DNA of 64,000 nt from a virus (taxonomy: Duplodnaviria; Caudoviricetes), in IMG/VR virus record IMGVR_UViG_2765235997_000001, positions 23,089 to 87,088 of that record, one strand, 5' to 3'. Shown here one piece after another: positions 1-9,803 of this stretch (within the stretch, counting starts at the first letter, position 1; every line of letters begins with the position of its first letter). Position numbers and translations under genes: made by a program. The notes below the pieces were generated by a model. It saw only the letters and a list, made by a program, of their open reading frames with translations. It was not told where the DNA came from and ran no database searches.

Positions 1-150
1 GTCCTCACCCCCGCCGGGGACCTGCTCGAACTGGATCGTCGGCAGCTCGGCAAGGAGGTTGTTGTCGAGCTCGTCACGGACCACAGCGGCGGGCCACACC
101 GGGGTGGCTCTGCCGATCAGCTCCGCCTCGATGTCGAGAAGCGCCGTCAC
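1..150 (-). CDS. Probable tail terminator, N-terminal part only (runs off window)
   Basis: GTGA-coupled start at 150 (MTALLDIEAELIGRATPVW...LPTIQFEQVPGG); position after HK97 gp10-like gene. Confidence 0.6.
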   Translation of the reverse strand, partial: MTALLDIEAELIGRATPVWPAAVVRDELDNNLLAELPTIQFEQVPGGGED

Positions 151-326
151 GGAACCTCCTCAGCGAACTCACGGCCGTCGAGCGAAGCGTGCACGTAGAC
201 CCAAACGACCAGCCCACCGACCTCAACCGGGACAGCCTCCGGGCCACAGACGCACGACGGTTCCTCGCCGCCCGTCTCGTGCTCGATGAGATCGTCGAGC
301 GGGGCGACATGCGCAGTCGCGGCCAT
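147..326 (-). CDS. Small hypothetical protein (59 aa, CxCGP motif)
   Basis: TGATG-coupled to upstream gene, GTGA-coupled to downstream gene. Confidence 0.6.
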   Translation of the reverse strand: MAATAHVAPLDDLIEHETGGEEPSCVCGPEAVPVEVGGLVVWVYVHASLDGREFAEEVP

Positions 327-658
327 CAGCGACCACCGCCAGCCTGAGCAGCCCGCAGCAGCACATGGTGGGCCGGGACCCGCTCGGTGCCGTACTCCAC
401 CCACCGGGCGTAGTACGCCGTGTTCGTCACCGTCGCCGTCGCCCGGTCCTTGCGGCGGCCACCACGAGTCGTGGTCGTCACCGTGAACGACGACTTGTAC
501 CGGCCGGGGTGCGGATCCGACGGACCGCCGACCGGGGCGATAGCGATGGCCGCATCCTCGATTGCCTCGGCGCGACCCAGCATGTCCGCCTGGATCATCC
601 GAGACCTGAGCAGCTGCCCGACACCCTTCTTGGACATCTTGAACTTCGCGGGCATCAT
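326..658 (-). CDS. HK97 gp10-like neck/tail completion protein
   Basis: YARWVEYGT motif, size, position in head-tail cluster. Confidence 0.75.
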   Translation of the reverse strand: MMPAKFKMSKKGVGQLLRSRMIQADMLGRAEAIEDAAIAIAPVGGPSDPHPGRYKSSFTVTTTTRGGRRKDRATATVTNTAYYARWVEYGTERVPAHHVLLRAAQAGGGR

Positions 659-686
659 GACCACCTCGACTCACACAGGGGGCAGC

Positions 687-1007
687 ATGGACGTCAAAGG
701 CGTCATGGGCAGCATCACCTTCGACGGCGAATGGATCACCATCACGAAGAAGGAAGCCGGCCAGCAGCAGCGCCAGTTCCGCATCCGGGCCGCCGACATC
801 ACCGGCACCCGGCTCAAGCCAGCCACCCGGTTGTTCCACGGCTACCTACAGTTCGTGCTCCCCGGCAGCGCACCCGCCACCGAAGACAAAGGCCTCATGG
901 CCGGCGGGCGACCGCCCCAATCCGACCCGCACAGCCTGTCCATCCGCCACGGCGCCAACGACGCTGCGGCGAAGCTGATGGCCGCAGTCGAGCAGGCCCG
1001 GACCTAA
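687..1007 (+). CDS. DUF4429-like protein, antisense insertion in the structural operon
   Basis: ATG 687 after AGGGGG RBS; VKGVMGSITFDGEWITI...KPAT...GYLQF pattern. Confidence 0.65.
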   Translation: MDVKGVMGSITFDGEWITITKKEAGQQQRQFRIRAADITGTRLKPATRLFHGYLQFVLPGSAPATEDKGLMAGGRPPQSDPHSLSIRHGANDAAAKLMAAVEQART

Positions 1008-1366
1008 CCGGTCACCCGGTCCGCAGCGAACTGCACAGGACCAGCTGTGCCGGTGAACGGGGACTTCCCCCAGTCGCCTGGGAAACCGGTGACCTCGCAC
1101 GTCTCGCCACGAATCCGAACCCGGTCCGTGGTGCGGACCGAACTCCCCGGCGGGGCGTACACCGTGTACCCGACAATCACCGTGTCCCGGGCCTGCTGGT
1201 CGTCCCCGCCAACCGTCGGATTCTCCGCACGCGGAGCCACCACGCAGCCCGGAAGGTCAAACGACTCATCCGGGCCCGGCAGCGGCTGACCGCGAGGATC
1301 ACGACCTGGCGAGGTGCCGGTACGCAGAATGCGTACCGTCTCCCCATACGGGTACGGGGCAGGCAT
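1004..1366 (-). CDS. Head-to-tail stopper
   Basis: Position; YTVYAPPG...DRVRIRGETCEVTG pattern; TGATG coupling. Confidence 0.75.
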   Translation of the reverse strand: MPAPYPYGETVRILRTGTSPGRDPRGQPLPGPDESFDLPGCVVAPRAENPTVGGDDQQARDTVIVGYTVYAPPGSSVRTTDRVRIRGETCEVTGFPGDWGKSPFTGTAGPVQFAADRVTG

Positions 1367-1776
1367 CACGACCACCCCGGCTCGAAGACGTCATCGCCGA
1401 AGAAGGTGTCGTCGATCGGCCACGTCGGAGACGGATCCGCAGTCGAAGGGGTCGGGTCGACGGTGAACGCACCACCGCGGCCCGCGAGACTCTTCAGCGC
1501 AGCCTTATCCGCCTTCGTCAGATACAGCCCCCCGCTTCCGCTGGGCCGCTGCACCGACATCGGGCCGATCGTCTCGTAAGACACCTGCTGCGGATTGACG
1601 TAGGCCCGACCAGCGACCGACAAGACGACAGCAGTCGCCTGATCGGGCAGCGGCTTCACCACCGACTCGGCCAGCGAAACCGCCTGCTGGATCAGCAGGT
1701 CAGCCCGGTCGCCGTCGATCTCCGGCAACCCCAGGTACATGCCCAGCTGCTCGGCAGTCGGGGATACGAATGCCAC
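1366..1776 (-). CDS. Head-to-tail adaptor
   Basis: RAYVNP...ETIGP...GGLYLT motif typical of actinophage adaptors; GGAGG RBS. Confidence 0.8.
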   Translation of the reverse strand: MAFVSPTAEQLGMYLGLPEIDGDRADLLIQQAVSLAESVVKPLPDQATAVVLSVAGRAYVNPQQVSYETIGPMSVQRPSGSGGLYLTKADKAALKSLAGRGGAFTVDPTPSTADPSPTWPIDDTFFGDDVFEPGWS

Positions 1777-1785
1777 GGTGACCTC

Positions 1786-2817
1786 CTAGCGGGCCAGGCC
1801 CTCGATCGCGGTGCACCACTCCGCCAACTCGACGGACGGGTTCAGCTCGGCGGATCGGGCCTTCGCCCGCTTGCTGGCAAGCCGGTACTCCGGAGCGGTG
1901 AGGAGCTTCCGCAGCACCGCCTCGTAACCGTCCAGGTCTTCGCGGTCCACGAAAACCCCAGCCTCACCCAGAGACTCGGTCAGCCCCGGGGTTGGGTGAG
2001 CCACGACGGGGATACCGCTAGCCAACGCCTCGACGCCGGCCCGCCCCCAAGACTCGTAGGAGCTGGGCATCAGCAGCACCTTCGTGCGGCCATACACCTG
2101 CTCCCGCATGTCCTCGCCCCGGACATGCTCGACGATCTCGACGTTCGGCAGCTCAGGGAGGATCTGCTCCCCGTAGGCGCCCTTCACGGCCAGGAACTGC
2201 TGGTCCGGCATCCGGCGAGCTAGTGCAGCGAGCACCTTGCCGCCCTTCTCCGGGTTGCAGTTGACCAGAGTGATCGCCTTGCCGGGCTTCGTCGCATAGT
2301 CCTCGGCGAACACGGGAGGGCGCACGATCAGCTCGGACGCTGGCCGAACCGACTTCGGGAACTCGGCAAAGAACATCTCCGCCTCCGCCTGCATCCACTG
2401 GCTGTTGTAGACCGCCAAAGCAGTCCCACCAGCAGCAGCGTCCCGAAAAGTCGGGCGGTGCGTGTTGTGACACACCACCACCAGCGGCACCCCATACCCA
2501 CGGGCCAAGGACGCCGTCGACGGCACCGTCTCCAGGTGCGACACCAGGACGTTCGCCCGGCGCACCGCCGTCGGGAAGTCCAAGCGGGACTCCAGCGGCA
2601 CCACCTTGATGCCCCGGTACTCGTACTCCTCGTGGGCCTTCCCGTACCGGGACAGCCACACGGACACATCGTGGCCACGCTCCACCAACGGGCGAAGCAT
2701 GCTGACGAGCATGTGCTCGGCCCCCGCATTGTGCTCCGGAGGCATCGCGTGCACCCTGGCCACGATCTTCAGCGGCTTGGCGGTCCCGCCCGGCGCGGAG
2801 ACCGGGACCGCAGCCAT
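1786..2817 (-). CDS. GT-B (GT4-like) glycosyltransferase coupled to the capsid gene
   Basis: GAE motif near N-terminus, EKG, LMPSSYESWGRAGVEALASGIPVV (E-x7-E); TGATG overlap with capsid stop. Confidence 0.9.
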   Translation of the reverse strand: MAAVPVSAPGGTAKPLKIVARVHAMPPEHNAGAEHMLVSMLRPLVERGHDVSVWLSRYGKAHEEYEYRGIKVVPLESRLDFPTAVRRANVLVSHLETVPSTASLARGYGVPLVVVCHNTHRPTFRDAAAGGTALAVYNSQWMQAEAEMFFAEFPKSVRPASELIVRPPVFAEDYATKPGKAITLVNCNPEKGGKVLAALARRMPDQQFLAVKGAYGEQILPELPNVEIVEHVRGEDMREQVYGRTKVLLMPSSYESWGRAGVEALASGIPVVAHPTPGLTESLGEAGVFVDREDLDGYEAVLRKLLTAPEYRLASKRAKARSAELNPSVELAEWCTAIEGLAR

Positions 2818-3773
2818 CAGCTACCGCTCGGGGTGCCGGTGTACTTCACGAACGCGTCCGCGTCACCCTGCACGTAGCCGTAGTACGCCTCCGCCAGGAG
2901 GAGAACCAAATTCTCTTGGAACGCGCTGTGGACACCACCCTCCTCGTCGACGTAGGTCGCCTCCTTGGAGATCCGCACGGTGATGTCCATGCCCACCCCG
3001 TAGGCGGCCTGCGACCAGTCGCCGCCGATCGCACGCAGACCCGTGTCCGAAGACGCGGACTGCCGGCGCTGCTTGCCCGACACACTGCGCGAGTAGGCGA
3101 GCGGCTCACCGATCAGGGTGCCCGCCGACGCCATCTGCGTCCCCGGGACCGTCGTGTCGACCAGGATCGGCCGGCCCGTGGTGTCCGTCGCCAGCAGCAG
3201 CGACGGCTTCAGCCGGTGGTCGGCGACGGTACCGGTGTAGTCCCAGTCCTCGTCGATGACCTCGGCCATGCCGTTGACGAAGTCCGCCCAGATACCGCCC
3301 TGCGCCTGCGTGGCCGTACCCAGCGCCACCGCATTGCTGGTCATGGCGAGGTAGTCGGTAAAGGGGCCGGTGGCACCCTTCATCGTCTTGCCGTGGATCG
3401 CCGCGTGGTCGAAAGCGCGGGCGAACGCCGTCGGGAGATCCGTCTGGAGCTGAGTCCACAGCCCGCCGGAGTTGGTCATGACGACCTCTTCGGCGACCGG
3501 GATGAGAACGGCCAACTTTTTCGCGGTCATCTGCTTCACGCCGACGGACGAGGTCGACAGGGGCTTCCGCGCCGCCTGCCCCACCCAGTCAGCGGTCGGA
3601 ACGTCCATCGGGATCGGCACCGACGTCGTCGCGTCCAGAGCCAGCGGCGCCTGACGCGCCAGCGCCATCACCGCCGACTGCTCGACGGACTTCTCGAAGA
3701 TGGGCCCGGCCAGAGTCCTCGGCAGAAGCGCATCGTTGACATCAGAAATCTTCAGTGGGGCGGTGACCGCCAT
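2817..3773 (-). CDS. Major capsid protein (HK97 fold)
   Basis: 318 aa; GDWSQAAYG...FQENLV motif; follows scaffold. Confidence 0.92.
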   Translation of the reverse strand: MAVTAPLKISDVNDALLPRTLAGPIFEKSVEQSAVMALARQAPLALDATTSVPIPMDVPTADWVGQAARKPLSTSSVGVKQMTAKKLAVLIPVAEEVVMTNSGGLWTQLQTDLPTAFARAFDHAAIHGKTMKGATGPFTDYLAMTSNAVALGTATQAQGGIWADFVNGMAEVIDEDWDYTGTVADHRLKPSLLLATDTTGRPILVDTTVPGTQMASAGTLIGEPLAYSRSVSGKQRRQSASSDTGLRAIGGDWSQAAYGVGMDITVRISKEATYVDEEGGVHSAFQENLVLLLAEAYYGYVQGDADAFVKYTGTPSGS

Positions 3774-3793
3774 GGTGTCCTCTTTCTCTGCAG

Positions 3794-4441
3794 CTACTTG
3801 AGCTGCGGCTTCAGCCAGCCGGCGAACTCATCGCCGGGTGCGGGGGGCCTGCTCTTGTTGGCACCGGACGCCTGAGTGCGGTCCGGTGCGGGACGCCGCG
3901 GGCCCTCCTGGGGCTGGGCCTTCGCCCAGTGCGGCTTGCGCTCCAACAGCGCCTGAAGGTCGGCCTCGATGGCCGCCTCGTCGATGTCGCCATCACCGTC
4001 GATGTACGAGTCGAGATTGAGCGCGCCGACCGCGTCCTCGGGATCCGTGAACGCTGGCCGATCCTCGGAGGCAGCCCCGGCCAGGGCCTGCACCCGAGCC
4101 TTCGCCAGGCGCTCGCGCGTCTTGGTGATCTGCTCGTTGGCCCGGGTCAGCTGGTCGTTGAGGCGCTCGGTGTCGCTCTTCTCCGAGTCCTTGATGCGCT
4201 GGAGCTCAGCAGCCGCCGGCTCCAGCTCCTTCAGACGCTTCCGGAGGTTCTGGGCCTCCGAGTTCGCCTTCCGGATCTTCGCCTCGGCCTGCTTCCGGTC
4301 GAACGGCTTGTCCTCGGTCTCCGCCTCCTGGGCGTCGTTCGTGGACTCGGTGCTGCTCTCCTCGGTCGCCGTCTCCTCGACGGTCCCCTCGGTGCCGGTC
4401 TCGGCCTGCTGCTGCTCGGTGCTCTCGGTCTCTTCAGGCAT
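3794..4441 (-). CDS. Capsid scaffolding protein
   Basis: Acidic N-terminus, coiled coil, FTDPEDA and KPHWA motifs; just upstream of capsid gene. Confidence 0.8.
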   Translation of the reverse strand: MPEETESTEQQQAETGTEGTVEETATEESSTESTNDAQEAETEDKPFDRKQAEAKIRKANSEAQNLRKRLKELEPAAAELQRIKDSEKSDTERLNDQLTRANEQITKTRERLAKARVQALAGAASEDRPAFTDPEDAVGALNLDSYIDGDGDIDEAAIEADLQALLERKPHWAKAQPQEGPRRPAPDRTQASGANKSRPPAPGDEFAGWLKPQLK

Positions 4442-4518
4442 GACGAATCGGCCCTCCAGGGGCTGTCGAAATGAGAAAGGCCGCCACCAGGGCGACCACG
4501 TTGCGAAGTGAGCGCGGA

Positions 4519-5274
4519 CTAGCCGTGCTCGGCAATCGCACGCCGGAACCGGCGCAACTGATCGCCAGGAAACGGGGCGGCGTACTCGCGGTACAACCGG
4601 TCCCACTCCTGCGCATGGGCGGACAGCTCAAACCGCTGCCCGCGAAACACCGGGATCACGCCGCAGTTGCAGCCGTCGTGAGCCCGGAAGTCGGCGGTGT
4701 CCTGCGCGTAGACCATGCCGCGGGCCGCCAGGAGCCGGCAGAACGCGCAAGCACCCAACGCAGCGGCGCGGGCGTAGCCGACAGCCATACGATCCTGCTG
4801 GACCGCGGCCTGCACAGTGCCCCTCCCCTGGTCCGTAACCAGCTTCTGGGCAACCCCCTCCGCCTTCTTCTCCGCCGCGTCCAACCGGACCTCCAACGGG
4901 GCCCGCTGGGCGGCGGTCGTCTTCGGGTCCTCCGAGTCGCGGGGCCACAAGTCCTTCGTGGCCCACCGCAGACTGTTGTCGACCTGCTCATCCGGCGGCG
5001 GATCCAGCAACGGCACCGTGAACCGGCCCGTCACCCGGGCAGCAACACGCTCCGCCTCGTAGAAATCCGCAGCCGCCGAAGCCGAGGCAGTGCCGTACTC
5101 GCCAACCAGGGCGCGCACAGCCTCAATCCAGTCCGGGACCGTCTCCTGCATCCGCGACGGAATGATCAGGCGGCGGAGCTTGCGCACATCCCGAACCAGC
5201 AGCCGTGACAAACCGCGCTGCACCTGCCGCTGCCGCCGGGCACCCGCACTGTCATCCGAGACCAACGTCGCCAT
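4519..5274 (-). CDS. MuF-like minor head / capsid maturation protein
   Basis: GACAFCRLLAARG...AHDGCNC motif; between portal and scaffold. Confidence 0.75.
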   Translation of the reverse strand: MATLVSDDSAGARRQRQVQRGLSRLLVRDVRKLRRLIIPSRMQETVPDWIEAVRALVGEYGTASASAAADFYEAERVAARVTGRFTVPLLDPPPDEQVDNSLRWATKDLWPRDSEDPKTTAAQRAPLEVRLDAAEKKAEGVAQKLVTDQGRGTVQAAVQQDRMAVGYARAAALGACAFCRLLAARGMVYAQDTADFRAHDGCNCGVIPVFRGQRFELSAHAQEWDRLYREYAAPFPGDQLRRFRRAIAEHG

Positions 5275-6697
5275 CAACGACCTCCGGAGGCCGTGCCGCA
5301 TCATCGGCCTCGCCCAGCGCCGCCAAACGGTCCAAGACCGCAGTGCCACGAGCGCGCTGCCGGTCCGCACGAATGCGCTGACGCTGGCCCTCGGTGAACC
5401 CAGCCATCTCCAACGCCACATCAGAGTCAGCGGGGATGATGTTCGCCTGCACCAGCTTGACCGTGGCGTCCGCCTGAGCGGCCACCGTCGGCGTCGCCGG
5501 ATTCCGCCACACCGTCTCAATACGACGGGTCCGATCCGGCGGCTCACCATCCCGCACCCACAGAGCGAGACGCATGGCCTCCTCCCAACGGGAACCGAAC
5601 CGGCGAATCCGACGCTCGCTGCGCTTCACGAGCTTCGCCTCGGTGCTGCGGATCGCGTCCGCGCTCGCCGGGTTGTCCGTGGTGTAGCCGAGCATGTGCG
5701 GCGGCAGACCGAACTGGCTGGACATGATCCGCGCGTACAGGTCGATGATCTTCGTCTGACCGGAAGGATCGTGGGCCGCGAACTGGCCCACCGTCGGAAC
5801 CGCACCATCCTCGTCCCGCTCCAACGCAAGGACACGGCCGATGTACGTCTCCCACGCCGACTTCGCGTTGCCCTCAGCATCCTGGAACGCCGACTCGCTG
5901 GCGCCCAAGATGTAGCGTTGCGGAGCCCCAAAAAACTCGGCGGCCACCTCAATGCCCATCAGTCGGCGGCAGGCCGCGTCCGTGATGCTCATGACGTCCG
6001 GGGTGATCTCGGACTTGCCCACGCGGTCAGCCGTTCTCTGCCTGTTCGCCAGCCTGACGATCGGCACCACGCCCAACTTGTGCATGTCCCGGTCGACGAC
6101 CTCCCAGCCGCCCGACGGATTCGGCAGCGCCGTCACCGTCTGATCCGGCAGGTACAGGACGATCATCCGCTCATCCGCGCCGGACTCGACCAGCCCGTCC
6201 GTCTGGCACTCACGCAGCCCCGCAACACCCATGCGAATGCGGGCATCCCACATCAGCGTCATGTCCAACGGTGACTCCACGCTGATCAGCGGCGGGGAGC
6301 CGTCGTCATCACCAGAGCCGATCGTGACGTACTCGCGCCCATAGATCAGGGCGTCCAGGTGCCCAAGGCTCGACTCGTCGAGGAGATCATTCGCTGTGAC
6401 GATCTCCTCCAGCTCCGACGAATCGGAACCGTCACCCCACCGAAACGCTTCGAGATCGAGGCGCTCCTCCAGGGACTCCACGCCCACCCGCGGCCAGCCG
6501 ATGACCGTGTGCAAGCCCCTGAGCTGCGGCGGGATGCTGATGCCCAAGTCACGGACCAGCTGCTCACCGTTGAAGTACGCATCCCTCAACTGCAACGTCC
6601 AGCGGTCACGCAGCAAGTCGGCACGCAAAACGTTGATCAACGCCATTTCGTCGTCAGACAGATGCACCAGCGGCAGCTCGGGAATCGAAACGGTCAT
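5252..6697 (-). CDS. Portal protein (SPP1 gp6-like)
   Basis: 481 aa; GWPRVGV, EFFGAPQRYILG, NPASADAIR motifs; follows terminase. Confidence 0.92.
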   Translation of the reverse strand: MTVSIPELPLVHLSDDEMALINVLRADLLRDRWTLQLRDAYFNGEQLVRDLGISIPPQLRGLHTVIGWPRVGVESLEERLDLEAFRWGDGSDSSELEEIVTANDLLDESSLGHLDALIYGREYVTIGSGDDDGSPPLISVESPLDMTLMWDARIRMGVAGLRECQTDGLVESGADERMIVLYLPDQTVTALPNPSGGWEVVDRDMHKLGVVPIVRLANRQRTADRVGKSEITPDVMSITDAACRRLMGIEVAAEFFGAPQRYILGASESAFQDAEGNAKSAWETYIGRVLALERDEDGAVPTVGQFAAHDPSGQTKIIDLYARIMSSQFGLPPHMLGYTTDNPASADAIRSTEAKLVKRSERRIRRFGSRWEEAMRLALWVRDGEPPDRTRRIETVWRNPATPTVAAQADATVKLVQANIIPADSDVALEMAGFTEGQRQRIRADRQRARGTAVLDRLAALGEADDAARPPEVVDGDVGLG

Positions 6698-8448
6698 CGC
6701 AACACCACCACCCGTCCCTTGCCGCGCGCAGTGGTGCGCTTCTGATTCTTCGGACTGTTCAGGACGGTTCGCCGCAACATCCGGGCCCCGATCATGCAGA
6801 TCGCAAGGTCGATCTTCCGGGCCGACTCACGGTGCTCCTTACCGATCGTGATCCCCCAAGCATTCGTGCGCCGCCGGGCATTGATCACGTGGGTACGCAT
6901 CACCTTGTGCCCGTCATGCACCAGCTGCCGCTGCAAGATGTCCTCGCGGGTCCGTTTCACCGCGTCGGTGAACGTCTCCTGGTTTCGCCGGTCACGCATG
7001 TCCCACCGGACCGCGTGCGCCCTCGGACCCGACACCACAGCGCGCAGAAGCAGCTTCTTGCCATAGGACTGGCCCCACCTGTCCAGGAAGGCGTCCCAGT
7101 ACATCTCGCCGTCCTCGTCCTGCCCGGAGCCAGGGTCGGCAAAGAACGCCAGCACCTTGAACCGGTGGAACGCGTTCTGCACGACACCGTCGACGTCCTC
7201 GCGCGGCACCTGCCACGGCACGTAGCCCGGCGTGTTCGGTGACGGCCAGTTCGGCGGCTTCTGCCACACGCCCAACGTCGACACCAGACCGTCCGACATG
7301 CGGCAAGCAGCTAGGCCCGTCGCGTCATCCGACTTCGACCCGTCGAAGAACACGACGACCTCGTCACCGTCCGCCAGGCTGAGATCCTCGCGCTTGCAGG
7401 CGTCCCACTCGTAGCGGGCCATCCACGCGTCCTCGGCAGCGTCGATCATGTTGTACCAGAACCGTCGGCTACGGCTCGGCGGGTTACGGGTGTCGAGGAT
7501 CGACGACTTCAACCGCCCAATGTCCAGCCACGTCGAATCCCCGCGCACCGCCCGCAATGTCGGCTCGATCCACGCCTCCGTCAACTTCGCCTCAGGCGGA
7601 GCCTCCAGCGAGTCGTAGAACAGGCCAGTGTCTGCCGCCCGGCCCGCCTCGACGGCCTCGTAGGCGTCCCGGGTCCGCTCGGCCACCGAGTCCTCGCCGG
7701 GCTCGAAAGCGTTCGTGTCCGCCAGCGTCCGGGACTGCCCGTCCGCCGACTTCGTCGCGTTGCGCTCAATGACCGCAGCCATCTCGTGGCCCGAGTTCGA
7801 CTCCAGCCAGTGATGCGTCTCGCCCATCGACGTGAACGTCGGCCGGCCACCCTCCAAGGCCCGCGGAGAGCTCGTGACGGCTTCCATGCGGGCCCGGCCC
7901 TTGTCGGCGTAAATGATCTCCTTGCCGAGGTCGATCCGGTACTCCTCGATCGCCCGCTTCGTGAAGATCGAGGGGAACAAGGTCATCGTGTTCCGGGTCT
8001 GGTCCTGCGACACTGCGGCGATCTGGACCCACGCCGCCGGATGCTGCATGCCCAGCGGCTGCCCCAGAGGGACACCCCACTCGTTGCCCTCGTCCGCAAC
8101 CCTGTCGAACCGGCACGGGCCAACGAACTCGAACGCGCTCCACGTCGCCTTGACCGGGTCTTTTCCCCAGCCCTTCAGCCTCTGGAGCACCCCGTCCCGC
8201 CACAGGAACCGGTTCGTCACCGGATCCATGGCATACCACCAGAGAGTCAGGCGCGCCTGCTCAGGCGTGTACTGCCAGGGTCGACCGACGTAGTGCTGCA
8301 GGTAGGTCTTCGTCCAGGAGAGGCAGTGCCAGCCGAGGGTGTACTCAGGCAGCAGAAACCTGCCATCCGGGCCGCGCTTCCAGGTGGGCCCCAGGGTGAA
8401 AGGTTCGACGACGTCGGGGACCTGCTCCTCAACCTCCGGCGATGTCAC
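6694..8448 (-). CDS. terL: Terminase large subunit
   Basis: RLKGWGKD ATPase motif, ETHHW, FDGSKSDDATG nuclease motif, KIDLA. Confidence 0.95.
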   Translation of the reverse strand: MTSPEVEEQVPDVVEPFTLGPTWKRGPDGRFLLPEYTLGWHCLSWTKTYLQHYVGRPWQYTPEQARLTLWWYAMDPVTNRFLWRDGVLQRLKGWGKDPVKATWSAFEFVGPCRFDRVADEGNEWGVPLGQPLGMQHPAAWVQIAAVSQDQTRNTMTLFPSIFTKRAIEEYRIDLGKEIIYADKGRARMEAVTSSPRALEGGRPTFTSMGETHHWLESNSGHEMAAVIERNATKSADGQSRTLADTNAFEPGEDSVAERTRDAYEAVEAGRAADTGLFYDSLEAPPEAKLTEAWIEPTLRAVRGDSTWLDIGRLKSSILDTRNPPSRSRRFWYNMIDAAEDAWMARYEWDACKREDLSLADGDEVVVFFDGSKSDDATGLAACRMSDGLVSTLGVWQKPPNWPSPNTPGYVPWQVPREDVDGVVQNAFHRFKVLAFFADPGSGQDEDGEMYWDAFLDRWGQSYGKKLLLRAVVSGPRAHAVRWDMRDRRNQETFTDAVKRTREDILQRQLVHDGHKVMRTHVINARRRTNAWGITIGKEHRESARKIDLAICMIGARMLRRTVLNSPKNQKRTTARGKGRVVVLR

Positions 8449-8866
8449 GGTACGAATCCAGCGGGCTCACCGACGCCAACTGCGCGCCGGCAGGCTTCTT
8501 CCGCTCCAGCTCCATCCGAGCCCGGCGCCGGTCCCCCTCCGTCGTCAGCAGCGACGACATCACCGAGTTCAACGCCGCGACCAGCTGGCCGTTCGGCCCG
8601 CGGTCCGACAGCACCACCTGCGACATCACGTGTGCCGCGTACCGAGCCATCGCCCAGTCCGACGGCTCGTAGAACGCCGACTGCCCCGACTCACGCAGGG
8701 ACAGATACCAGTCCGCTGCGATCGGGTGCCACAGCGGATCAGGCCCGGGCAGGTCCGGCATCTCCTCCGGCGGACCCGAAGAGGCCTGCACCAGGTCCGG
8801 GCCGTCCGGCTTGTTCCGCCGGCGGCGAGCTTCGGAGCGCTCAGGGATAGGTCCACGAGTGCCCAT
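8429..8866 (-). CDS. terS: Terminase small subunit
   Basis: MGTRGPIPERSEARRRRNK...LLTTEGDRRRAR pattern; GGAGG RBS; overlaps terL start. Confidence 0.85.
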   Translation of the reverse strand: MGTRGPIPERSEARRRRNKPDGPDLVQASSGPPEEMPDLPGPDPLWHPIAADWYLSLRESGQSAFYEPSDWAMARYAAHVMSQVVLSDRGPNGQLVAALNSVMSSLLTTEGDRRRARMELERKKPAGAQLASVSPLDSYRDIAGG

Positions 8867-8984
8867 AACGACCTCCAGGGTCAGAGCACGCCACCAGGGC
8901 GCACAGGGCGAGAGAGAAGACGACCGAGCGCCACCGCCAGGGCGAGGCCGGCCGAGAGGTAGAGCTGCAGGCCAGGGCCTAGGA

Positions 8985-9240
8985 AACCCGTACACGGGGT
9001 CGTGTGCTTTACGGCTCCGATCCCTGAAGATCGCCGGGAGGGGGGCACGCCCCCAGGCCGGCCGATCCGCTTAGGGATCATGGAATTTGCAGTGCGAATC
9101 GATTGATGCAGGTACCAGGTATCACCTTGATCAACTCGCGTTTGATCTTCGTTTCGTGATCTTCGAATCAGATTCGATCTTGATCGTCGATCACTGAACC
9201 TTGATCACCAATCGCATGATCACCTAACACATGACCATCA
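8985..9240. other. Probable packaging region (cos-like G/C tract at 9037-9056 plus AT-richer GATC cluster)
   Basis: Non-coding gap between HNH cluster and terS; GGGAGGGGGGGCACGCCCCCAGG; 12 GATC in 9019-9221. Confidence 0.5.
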
Positions 9241-9358
9241 CGACCTCGCCCTGCTGCCTGCCCTGGCCGGCCACCCGGACCCGGCAGCCTCGGGCCCTGC
9301 GGGCACTGGCCTCGCCGAGCGCCCTGGGTGATCGGCTGTCGTCTCGCATGCTGATGCG

Positions 9359-9595
9359 TCAGCGTCGCCGTCGGCCGGCATTGGCCCTGCTCCCGGTGTA
9401 GGCCCCGGTTGCCCGTCGGTGCATGAGCTGGCAGTAGCCCTTGGCCCTGGCTCCCATGTACTTGGAGAGCTGCCGGTTGCACCGGGTCCAGTCGCCTGGT
9501 GTTCCCCATCGGATCTTGGCTGCGCCGGCTCCGCTGGTCCAGTACCTGCGGAGCGTCTCGGCGTTGCCGCGCTTGCTTCGTCCCTTGGTTGCCAC
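9359..9595 (-). CDS. Small basic phage protein (KIRWGTPGDWTRC motif)
   Basis: GTG after AAGGAG RBS; motif recurrent in actinophages. Confidence 0.7.
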   Translation of the reverse strand: MATKGRSKRGNAETLRRYWTSGAGAAKIRWGTPGDWTRCNRQLSKYMGARAKGYCQLMHRRATGAYTGSRANAGRRRR

Positions 9596-9600
9596 AGTGT

Positions 9601-9801
9601 TCACTCCTTCTGCGGCGCGGACCCTACTGGTTCGTCTACCCGTTCGATGTGGGCGCCAGCCTCAGCCGGGATGGCAAGGCAGGTGCCGGCGGCGTCGGTG
9701 AAGATGGCCCACCCGTGTTCGAAGTGGAGGGTGAGGGCGGGGTCTTCGACGAGGAGGTCGTCGCTGGTTTTGCCGGGGTGCCGAATCAGGAAGTGGGGCA
9801 T
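9601..9801 (-). CDS. Hypothetical protein
   Basis: ORF tiling the minus-strand operon. Confidence 0.6.
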   Translation of the reverse strand: MPHFLIRHPGKTSDDLLVEDPALTLHFEHGWAIFTDAAGTCLAIPAEAGAHIERVDEPVGSAPQKE

Positions 9802-9803
9802 GG

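Noticed and set aside
365-8850. Long plus-strand ORFs opposite the structural genes (e.g. 365-1579, 2916-3875, 5090-6274, 7786-8850)
   Set aside because: High-GC antisense shadows of well-supported genes, with no recognisable motifs
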